Positions 31,493-40,847 of a stretch of DNA of 64,000 nt are shown piece by piece. Made by a program: the position numbers and the translations under genes. The notes under the pieces are model-generated. The model saw only the letters and a list, made by a program, of their open reading frames with translations, made no database searches and was not told the DNA's origin. Numbering within the stretch: position 1 is the stretch's first letter; each line of letters begins with the position of its first letter. Source of the stretch: Naegleria gruberi (Eukaryota); the NCBI GenBank assembly GCA_000004985.1, contig GG738877.1. One strand, written 5' to 3'.

Positions 31493-32940
31493 GAGGTCCA
31501 AGAAAATTCAATTGATTCGTGCCCATACATCATTATCGCAGGGTACACAGGTAATTTGATATCACGGATCGAAGCAATCTTGGAGTTTCCCTTATAAAAC
31601 TGCAATTTTTTCTTGGCAGCATTCAGCTTAATAGTAATTACATCTCCTGGCTCAATATTCTTACTGTACACGTGTTTGTACTTTTTAGATCCACTCTGAG
31701 AAGGATTCCATATAAACCCATTAGCGGACATCATGTACATGCAATGGTCATCGTATGGTGACAAGCTGTGAATATGTTTTTCTGGTATTGAATTCATTAC
31801 CACTCCAAATCCAAGCCAAGTATTAAGATTTACAATTTTAATCTTCCACTTGTAAACTTTTTCACTTCCATCCAATAATTTTGATATAAATACACTTGCA
31901 TAGTTGGCATCGGTTGTTTTTGAGACTTTTTGCTTATCCACAAAGAATCCAGCACCAGGGATAATGAATTTTGGAAGTTCAATGGGTTGGTGGTGGAAAT
32001 TCAACATTTCCATTTGTTCCAAACCGTATGCTACAAAGGCTGGATAGACAGGAAGACTAATATTGGGAATTGTCATTATTTTCAATTCATTCTTGTAAAA
32101 GGTAAGCTCCTTTTGTTCTGTACATATTTCCATAATTATAGTATCCCCAACATCACATTTATGTTTAACTTGATCATATTTCGTCTTGTCCTCTTTTTGA
32201 TAATTCCACACATATCCATTCGGAGAGTATAGATAACTACCATTCCTATGGTATGGAGAGAGGTTGAAAATTTGCTTTTCCACAATCTCTGATGAGGTAA
32301 CACCAACAGCTAACCAAGTTTGGAAAGCTAAAATCCTTACTTTCAATTTAATCTTTCCTGTGAATGTTGTTCCTATTGGAGTATCAAGGAATGTGCTCGA
32401 GTAGGATTTGTCAACAATCTTTTCAATTCTATTTCCAACAACCTTAAAATCCTTTGGATTGAACAAGTATTGCACATGATCTGTATTGTTCGTAACTTTG
32501 GACAAACTCACTTGAGATGAGGATGTAATTGAACTTGTTCGAATGTGAGAGGCTGATGATGATTTTTCTTGTGGTATTGTGGTGGAGGCAAGATCTTGAT
32601 GTTCTGGTTGTTGAAGAGTTTGATTATTATTCGTGGAAATATTGCTGCTACTCGTTGTGGATAAGGCTCCATCAGATGCTGATTTTGCAAGAGTGGAAGA
32701 AGTGTTTGTGTCCTCCTTTTCAAAGCTGTACTTTAAGGATTCAAGTGGTGGTGGCTCTATTAGCTTGGATGGACATGAAAATTGTTCCAAGTAGTTTGAC
32801 TTCTCAGCTTCCAATGTTGTAGTCGATGTGCTGCTATTACTACTATTTGTGCTGATTGCATCAGAGGAGTTGTTAATATTGGCTGTTGATGGAGTAGAGG
32901 TTGTATCATAGATAGGAGGAGGCTTTAATTCACTATCCAT
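31489..32940 (-). CDS. Protein with an S/T-rich N-terminus and two tandem SPRY-like domains. The real ATG is at 32940 (the track start 32946 is a TTG).
   Basis: Two about 170-aa modules, each ending ...GDTIIMEICTEQKELTFYKNELKI...LPVYPAFVAYG / ...GDVITIKLNAAKKKLQFYKGNSKI...LPVYPAIMMYG. This matches the SPRY C-terminal pattern (GDvIGv.lD...g.L.FtkNG......LYPav). Confidence 0.5.
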   Translation of the reverse strand: MDSELKPPPIYDTTSTPSTANINNSSDAISTNSSNSSTSTTTLEAEKSNYLEQFSCPSKLIEPPPLESLKYSFEKEDTNTSSTLAKSASDGALSTTSSSNISTNNNQTLQQPEHQDLASTTIPQEKSSSASHIRTSSITSSSQVSLSKVTNNTDHVQYLFNPKDFKVVGNRIEKIVDKSYSSTFLDTPIGTTFTGKIKLKVRILAFQTWLAVGVTSSEIVEKQIFNLSPYHRNGSYLYSPNGYVWNYQKEDKTKYDQVKHKCDVGDTIIMEICTEQKELTFYKNELKIMTIPNISLPVYPAFVAYGLEQMEMLNFHHQPIELPKFIIPGAGFFVDKQKVSKTTDANYASVFISKLLDGSEKVYKWKIKIVNLNTWLGFGVVMNSIPEKHIHSLSPYDDHCMYMMSANGFIWNPSQSGSKKYKHVYSKNIEPGDVITIKLNAAKKKLQFYKGNSKIASIRDIKLPVYPAIMMYGHESIEFSWTS

Positions 32941-33316
32941 TTTCAATTTTACGCTTTTTTAATGATATGTTTATGAGTGTAGAGGTGTGATGGAGGAGGG
33001 AGCGAGGAATGTATTAAGGTAGTTTTTTTTGAAGGCGATTTTCTCAAATACGGTATCAATAAAAGAATGATTTCATCCTTTTACACACTTCAATTGGCTT
33101 TTTTAAGGAAATTCAGTAAGTGCTTAACAAAAAAGATTGCTGTTAATTGTTTCATTTCACTTATTGATTTGGCTCTTTCATCACCAACTTGATTTTCACC
33201 AATTTTTCAGTTCAGGTATCAAAAGAGCCAAACAGAAAACACTTTTCTTTGGTTTTTTCTGAAATTGAATTGTGTTGGTATTTGCGGACTTTATTAATGA
33301 TTAAGATCTTTCAGAA

Positions 33317-33389
33317 GCTGGCGTAGCTCAGTCGGTAGAGCGTTGGTCTAATAAGCCATTGGTCGCCCGTTCGATCCCGTCCGTCAGCA
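33317..33389 (+). tRNA. tRNA-Ile (anticodon AAU), possibly defective.
   Basis: 73 nt with acceptor GCUGGCG/CGUCAGC (one G-U) and D-arm GCUC-AGUCGGUA-GAGC. Anticodon loop CUAAUAA, T-loop UUCGAUC. The T-stem GCCCG/CCGUC pairs only 3 of 5, and the anticodon stem has a U-U. Confidence 0.55.
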
Positions 33390-33671
33390 AATAATTTTAT
33401 AATCCAATCTTTTTATTCTGCAGTTATTAAGAAAGGTGTTTCAATTTAAGATTCTCAGTATGATCTTAAATAGGTTTCATTCTATTGCCCATTTTTTAAA
33501 ATTCATTTTACACATACCATTTCAGCCATAACATTTGACATCAACTCTCTAATATTGTGTCAACTTTCTTCAGTCACCACAAAAAAAACAAATTCAAAAC
33601 TCCCCACAGCTCTCATCCAAGAACAGGACAGAGCAACAAACAACACTTGTATTCCACTCCATTAACACAAG

Positions 33672-35384
33672 ATGACATCTTCAAGATTTTCATTAAAAGC
33701 CCTAAAAGCAACCACAAATTCATCTTCAACCCCAACTATCAGTACTACACAAAACGGTGGCAATAGTAGAAATAACAGTGCCTCCACTCCAACCCTCCCA
33801 TCAGATCAACAACAAATTCATCATCATTTAGATATTGCAACCGATCGAAGCCAAACGACTAATGGTAACAATAGAAATAGCATTCACAGTCATCAATCCT
33901 ATCAAATTAATAATAATACAACTCCTTCCTCGGCAACAACACCTCGAACACCAGCAGCAACCATAGGTGTTGCTTCTGGAGTCAGTACTTCTTCTTCATA
34001 TAATCACACAATAACTGTTGATTCAAGTTATGTTGGTGGTAATAATCACATTGATGATGACTTGAATAATTGGAAACCGATTAGTAGAAACAATTCGAAA
34101 AAATCACTTTCGTCTTCTTTCCGTAAATTGCTTTTTGGTTGTAGAAATGTAAGAGGGGATGAAGAAGTTGAACAGGAGAAGAAAATGATTAGTCGATCAT
34201 CATTGTATTTACCTGATGATCAATTATTTAAAGAAACATCAGAAACTTTGGTAGATGATGCTCATCATAATTCTGCTCACGTAATGGCATTGGTTAGTCC
34301 CAGAGGTAAATCATCACCTAGAACTAGTGCAAATCTGTCACCTGCTCGTCATGACGCTGAAATGAAAAGGAGAAGCGTTGAAAGCCCAACCATGATGTTA
34401 ATCGCAGCGAATCAATCACCATCTTCATCTCATCATCATCATACAACACCAAGTGGAGGTTCGAGTAACTACTCACTAAGAAATAAGATATTTGCTGGGG
34501 CTATTCCAGAAGAGAGAGCTGAGGAAGTAATTTTGAATAGTGACTATTCACAAAAAGTTCAATTTCATTTTGAAGGACAATTTGAAGTCAAACAGTGCCA
34601 TAATTTGGAAACTATTTCCGATTTGACTGCATTCAAGGATTGTATCACTCCATTTGTGAAAATTGAGTGGTTTGTCGAGTTTTTCAATACACAAGGTTCT
34701 TTGAAAAACAAGATGGTTCCAATGCTGAAACCAACTCCTAACACTGATACAAATACATGGAAACAAAGCAAAAAGACAACAGTAACCTGTTTGGAAGTGG
34801 GAAGAAAGGAAGTTTCTTGGAATGAAGTTTTGGATTTTTCTATAACTGTGGATGGATATTTGCATAGAAATGTTTTGGAATTTTACAAAAAGAATAGTGA
34901 ATCGTCTCTATTGGATCAAGTAACCAAACCATATGGAGAGAATGTCATAGGAATTTTGAGAGTCAAGTCTCATCTCTATGACTATGACGATTTACTCCTA
35001 CAGGAGAATATCATTTCACATCATACAATGGAATTCCCAATAACTCTTAAAACTTTAATGAAAAATTCTGGTGCTACTTCTCCTTCCCTAAAGATTGAAT
35101 CATACATTGAAAATTTTGGAAATTCAAATTCTCCACTAGGTACCGTTTCTACACCATCTCATGTTAAATTGCAATCTGTTGGAACATCTAAAGGAACAAT
35201 GTCTCCAACACCTCAAGAAAGTGCCATCTCTGGTTTTGGTGAAAATACAATCACCATGTTTGAAAAAAATCAACCAGTGAATGATTATCAAATGGTTCAA
35301 GATTCTGATTCAGAAATTATCCTCACAATAGTACCAGTTATTGAATTGTCTTACTATGTCAAAATGCTTGGTACTTCTGTATAA
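33672..35384 (+). CDS. S/T/N/H-rich hypothetical protein with a structured C-terminal domain (possibly C2-like).
   Basis: 570-aa ORF with a real ATG. Low-complexity N-terminal half and a non-repetitive C-terminal about 250 aa. Confidence 0.4.
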   Translation: MTSSRFSLKALKATTNSSSTPTISTTQNGGNSRNNSASTPTLPSDQQQIHHHLDIATDRSQTTNGNNRNSIHSHQSYQINNNTTPSSATTPRTPAATIGVASGVSTSSSYNHTITVDSSYVGGNNHIDDDLNNWKPISRNNSKKSLSSSFRKLLFGCRNVRGDEEVEQEKKMISRSSLYLPDDQLFKETSETLVDDAHHNSAHVMALVSPRGKSSPRTSANLSPARHDAEMKRRSVESPTMMLIAANQSPSSSHHHHTTPSGGSSNYSLRNKIFAGAIPEERAEEVILNSDYSQKVQFHFEGQFEVKQCHNLETISDLTAFKDCITPFVKIEWFVEFFNTQGSLKNKMVPMLKPTPNTDTNTWKQSKKTTVTCLEVGRKEVSWNEVLDFSITVDGYLHRNVLEFYKKNSESSLLDQVTKPYGENVIGILRVKSHLYDYDDLLLQENIISHHTMEFPITLKTLMKNSGATSPSLKIESYIENFGNSNSPLGTVSTPSHVKLQSVGTSKGTMSPTPQESAISGFGENTITMFEKNQPVNDYQMVQDSDSEIILTIVPVIELSYYVKMLGTSV

Positions 35385-35861
35385 ATTGTACATTATAATT
35401 TATAAACTTTTCCATTCTTTTGTTTTTCAAATAGTTTTCAATTCAAAATTCATAGGATGTAAAATTGGTTTAGAACCTTAGAGAGGATGTAAATATTAAT
35501 CAGTATGCTGTTATGCTTCAAGTACTAGACGTTCAGTCCCGAAAGGTGAAAAATTTGTGTTATCATCAGATTAACAATCGAACTATCCTTGCCATATCAC
35601 TCTTCGGCTTATCAACCCGTGACACAAAACAAGTATTTATGGTTTTTAATTTTTTTAAAATATTAAATTCAAAAAGTGGCGCCAAAATCCAATACAGATA
35701 ATTAAATAGGTTCAAAACAAACCTAGCCACTCGCATTTCAATATAGTGGAAAGAACTTGAAGAAAAAATACGTTATAAAATATCGCTACAACTAACGGAA
35801 GCCCTGGAGAATAAGAATAACCTTAAAAAAAATACGTTGACAACAAACACATCAACAAGAA

Positions 35862-37577
35862 ATGAGGCATTCTAGGCCTCCCGTATATAATCACTTTCAT
35901 CATTCTAGCAACAATAATGGAGGATTAGGTCGGGATGATTTTCTTATGAATAGTAAAGATAAATTTAATGTGGATCTAAAATCATCACTTAATGATTTGC
36001 AAATAACAAATAGTTTGAGGAAAAGTATGAATAGGAGAGAATCTATGGAGGATTTGACAGTATTTTTGGAAAAGAATCAAAATAGTGGATTACTCCCTAT
36101 TCAACCAACACCACCTCCGTTGAATAGGGAAGATTCTTTGGCCAATGATGTTTTTACTTATCAGGATAGTATGAAAGAATTTTCTTTGGAAGAATTGAAA
36201 CATCATCACCTTAGACGTCTAAATGAATCTAGGAATGAATCATATAGAGCCAGTAACTATTTTGAATCGGCTGCCTCGCTCATTACCACCACAACCGAAG
36301 AGCAAAACTATTATGACGAAGATGACGAGAATATAGCTATTGAGGGTGTTGATAGAGAGAGTGACATTATGCTCCACAGTGATGATGAGGACTATCAAGA
36401 TGAGGATGATTTCGAGGGTCAAAATCATCTCCTTGGTAAAAAAAAAGTTAAGGTTTTCCCTTTCCTTGTGGATTCTCCACCTGATTTGAAAAAGAAAGGC
36501 CGAACAAAAGCATTACAAGTTGCCTACAATAAGAGAAAGGAAAAACTTCAGAGAGTTAAACAAGAGCTAGAAATGGGTAGAACAAGTCCAACACTCTTCT
36601 CTATCAATTCACAAACACCTCCTCCTTTCAGAAAGAGCCCTTGTCCTCCACTGGATATTTTCCATCAAAATAGTTTTCACAAGAAAAAGCCAGATCCTCT
36701 CCTCTCCTCAATCGAATCCCTCCTTGTACAAATACCTCACCAATCATCCTCAGCCACCTCAATATCGCAACAGAATCATCACAACCTCTCCACCTTTGTT
36801 CCAAGCAAAGAAAGACCCTCCTCAATGAAGGCAGGTCATCGAAAGAAGAATTTAACCAGCAGTGCTGATGGAACTAAAACAAGTCGTTCAGTCTCCTCAA
36901 CCAATGTAAACTTGAACTGTTTACAGAAGGATCCTATTCCTGATGATTATTTGGGGCATCACATTGCAACAACTTCATCACGAATACAGTCCAAATACAA
37001 GGAACACTTTGCAGTTTCGAAAAATCCAATAGTAGTTATTGCAAATAGAAATCAATATAAGGAGAAAAAAGCTGATAAGGAAAAAGCTTTACAAAACAAT
37101 TCTTCCAGTTCTTCCTCTCTACCACTTCCCATCTCCAACTCTCAACCATCCCAATCTCTTGCTCCTCCACACAAATCAAACAATACCACAACAACCAGTA
37201 CAGTTAAGGAGCCAATGAATAGAGCTCCACTGTATAAAATTCCCCAAGCTCCAAAGAGGAAGAAATTAACACCAGAAGATTTGGGACTAACCTATCAAGC
37301 TAGTTTAGAACTTGATAAGGGACTTCCAACATCTTGTCAAGTTGATGCAAAGAAGGTAATCATGCAAACTCTTATCAATTCTTGGATTGGTATTGGACCT
37401 TCACTAGGAGATGTAAATGTTGAAAATAGAAAACCACTCAATTTGAAACCTTCCAAGATTACCTCTTCCAATCCTGAGGAAAGAAGAAAGGAAATTTTGA
37501 AATTAATGTACAAGGACAGGCAAACAGAGGTGAAGGAGAACATTCTGAAACCAAAGCAAACAAAGAAGAATAGGTAG
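35862..37577 (+). CDS. S/P/N-rich basic hypothetical protein.
   Basis: 571-aa ORF with a real ATG. No family recognised. Confidence 0.4.
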   Translation: MRHSRPPVYNHFHHSSNNNGGLGRDDFLMNSKDKFNVDLKSSLNDLQITNSLRKSMNRRESMEDLTVFLEKNQNSGLLPIQPTPPPLNREDSLANDVFTYQDSMKEFSLEELKHHHLRRLNESRNESYRASNYFESAASLITTTTEEQNYYDEDDENIAIEGVDRESDIMLHSDDEDYQDEDDFEGQNHLLGKKKVKVFPFLVDSPPDLKKKGRTKALQVAYNKRKEKLQRVKQELEMGRTSPTLFSINSQTPPPFRKSPCPPLDIFHQNSFHKKKPDPLLSSIESLLVQIPHQSSSATSISQQNHHNLSTFVPSKERPSSMKAGHRKKNLTSSADGTKTSRSVSSTNVNLNCLQKDPIPDDYLGHHIATTSSRIQSKYKEHFAVSKNPIVVIANRNQYKEKKADKEKALQNNSSSSSSLPLPISNSQPSQSLAPPHKSNNTTTTSTVKEPMNRAPLYKIPQAPKRKKLTPEDLGLTYQASLELDKGLPTSCQVDAKKVIMQTLINSWIGIGPSLGDVNVENRKPLNLKPSKITSSNPEERRKEILKLMYKDRQTEVKENILKPKQTKKNR

Positions 37578-37860
37578 ATCTGTTTCGAACTGATTTAAAT
37601 TTAATCAAAAGAGAGAAAGAACATACTGTCAAAATGAAAATTACACAACATGAATGTTTGAACTTAATCAAACTATTTGTAATAAGAAATCCAACAATAA
37701 TAGAAATCATTTCTTTGCTTTGTCACTTTACAACATGCTAGAAAAGAATCTTCCTCTTGTTATTGTCATTAGGAGTATTTCCTCCAAATAAATCAACAAA
37801 ACAAAAACCACGACACCTTTCTCATAATCAGTTCTTATTTATTGCCAATAACATTTTCCG

Positions 37861-40752
37861 ATGAGTCATCATCACAATAACAACCACCACCAACAGATGT
37901 TGAATCAATCATCCAATTCTCCACACCTTTCTTCCACCAGCAATGGTGCTGTTACTTCCCAACAACATCACAATACCACCACCACACCAATAACCTCCTC
38001 CACATCAACAACAACGACAAATAGTACACCCTCTAGTATTCAATCATCAACAACGACCACTCCAAATTCCTCCTCCACCAATAATAATAATACATTTCCC
38101 ATCCTCATTGGTGGAGTTTTACTTTCCAATCCTTCTCCTTCATCTTCCTCGTCAACAACAACAACAACACAAATCATCACATCACTTCATCAAATCCTCC
38201 GACAAGTAATAATACCAATAATACTACGACAATTACAACAGAATCGGCACCAAATAGTAATAATTTAAATGCTGCCACTTCATCCAATGATGGAAATATG
38301 CCTCCGAATGCAATTGTTTATAATTCACCAGTAACACTCTATACAGTGGCTTGTACCCATTGTAGAAAGCAACACAAGAAGGTTAGTATTTAAATCTTTA
38401 ATACCTTTTATTAAATAATATTGTTATTTGTAAAGTGTGTAAGTAATATTAAATACATTTGGAGAATGTTTACAATTTTAATAGGATCGTAAAATGCCAA
38501 GTTGTGACCGATGTATTCAGAAAGGAATTAAATGTGAATATAAAGAATCGAAAAGAACACCAAATGGTCAACCTGGTCAACCAATTGAAACTAGTCAACC
38601 ACAAGAAAAATCAACGAGGAAAAAGAAAAAATCAAAATCTCATTCATTTGTATTGGAATCAACAAATGGAAAGGATGAAAAAAATGATAATGAGATATCA
38701 ATTGAAGAGGAAGGATTATCAAAGAGACAAGTTATTGATTTTTACTTTAGTTTTGCAAGTGATGGATTTCCTCTAATGAATAAGGATGATCTGGAAAAGT
38801 GTCCATCTCTGTATTCAGTCTATCTCAAAGATATTGATGAGGAGAGAATGATTATCAAGGAAGATGAAACAGTAGATAATGAAAAAGTAAATAAGGAACT
38901 GGTGGCATTGTTTTTGGGAACTAAAGCTGTTTGTGAAGTGAGATGTGGAATGATGGAGGTTAGTGAAAAAACAGCCAAACTTGCCCGAGCAGCAGTTAGT
39001 AGATATTTTGATAGTCATGAAAGCTTTTTCGTTGCTACTACCTATGCTCTCTTAGCTCAATTTGAAATTTGGAACTCGAGAATTACCAATGCCAAGTTTT
39101 ACCTTCAATTCCCAGCTTTTTATCTCAGAAATAAGTATCTTCAAAAACCAGGATGTGATATTTCACCAACTTCAGGCGAACACGAAGTTGGTCAATGTAC
39201 AAAATGTATGTCAATCATGACCAAATACGAAAAGAATTTGGAAAACAATATTAATTGGGTGGAAAGATGTACCCATTCACTAAGTTCAAATAATGGAAAT
39301 AATACCAAGAGAACATTTTTTGATGTTTCCTATGCAGATGGAGGATTTATTAGCGAAATTCCTAGATACTTTACAATTTTCACTGGTTTGAAATTTCCAA
39401 CTGAATGGATTTCCTCTCTAAATCAAGAAGTTACAGTTAGTAATTGCTTTGATTATTTACAATTGTTAGATTCAATCTTTGCATTTACGACGAGAAACAT
39501 GAGAGAAAGATCAAATATTGAGCTAATCGCCTCAAAGACCAATCCAACACTAGATCTGGATAACAATTCTCCATCGTGCATCTTTCAAGGAGATTATCAA
39601 TATATTGCCTTGTATGAGAGAATGCTAGATGTCGTATTGAATGGATTAAAGATTAGAATTCTCACCAAATTGGGATGTAGTGGTAGAGATCGTGAGAGAG
39701 AAACAATTGAACAAGCAGCATTGAATATTACAATGGCAACTCAACACGAACTGTTTCCACTCTTCCTTCCATATCTAGTTCCATATATTTCAGCAGCAAC
39801 ACTTGTACATTTGAGAGTGTTAAAGATGAATATTCAATCCTATAGTTCGAGCACTTCAACAATTGTTTCACAACATAGAGCCAACAATTGGTCAACTTTA
39901 ATGTATTATGAGGATATTTTGAAAAAGGACTTGAGAGCTATGCAAATTATGGCTAAAAGATTCAAGCTAGTCAGTCTTAACTATAGCAAATTAATGAAAG
40001 AAATCGAGGACACATTTGAAAATTTAGAAAATCTGAAACGATCCACAAAACCAACAATTACAGAATATGAAACTTCTCTTCCACAACAATTCCTGACCTA
40101 TCGACATAATCCACACAATCAGCGAGCACACATGTTGCATCCTCCATCACAAATTCAATCCAATAATATGCAACAAGCCACGAATTTCAATTTTAATCCA
40201 CCACAAGTCCCTCAACCATCAGCATCTTCCTCAACAACCATGCAAAATCCTGGTCTATTCTCACAAATCATACCAAATAATTCACTTCCACTCCATATGG
40301 AATTGCAATCTGCTTCATATTTTGCTAATTTAATGAGTTCACACCAGATGGCCGGTGGTCCACCAATGAGTGGTTTTGACACAACCTCTGCATTTGGAAA
40401 TCTTTTAATGATGCAACAGAATCCTCTCATCAGTAATCCATCACTATCTTCCTCTAGCTCAGCAAATACAAACACAAATAATAATAATAATAATGGTATG
40501 GAATCATTTGGTGGTGGTTTTGGTGGTTTTGGAATGGGAGGTGTGTTTGATCCATTCTTAACTGAGGAAGATTTGGATTTAATCTTCTCAATTCAAAATA
40601 AGGAACAACAACAACAGGTCAATAATTTATCAGTCAACCAAACTGTTTCAAGTAACAATTTGGGTGATCCACTCCAATCAATTTCCCAACTTAATAGTGC
40701 AACAATTCATGATATGATTGATAAACATGTTCAACAAAATGAAAGAAGATAA
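37861..40752 (+). CDS. Zn(II)2Cys6 (GAL4-type) binuclear-cluster transcription factor with N/Q/S/T-rich regions. Proposed structure: ...38381 / micro-exon 38436..38438 / 38485..40752. The true start may instead be the ATG at 38298, because an upstream frame switch exists at about 38150-38170.
   Basis: The frame containing ATG 38298 (frame 0) reads ...MPPNAIVYNSPVTLYTVACTHCRKQHKK up to a GTTAGT donor at 38382. The next track ORF starts ...DRKMPSCDRCIQKGIKCEY. Inserting the single codon TGT (38436-38438), bounded by acceptor TTTGTAAAG and donor GTAAGT, gives ACTHCRKQHKK-C-DRKMPSCDRCIQKGIKC. That is CX2CX6CX6CX2CX6C, exactly the GAL4 spacing. Confidence 0.5.
38436..38438 (+). other. Putative 3-nt micro-exon (TGT, Cys) flanked by introns 38382..38435 (54 nt) and 38439..38484 (46 nt).
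   Basis: Upstream acceptor ...ttgttatttgtaaAG. Downstream donor GTAAGT. It restores the third Zn-ligand cysteine of the Zn2Cys6 cluster in frame. Confidence 0.45.
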
Positions 40753-40847
40753 ACCAATTGATATTCAAAAATTATTTATTTTCTATTGCAAAAATGTGTT
40801 TTGGTGTTTTTAATGTACATTGTTTTTGTTTCCTCAATAATAATTTG

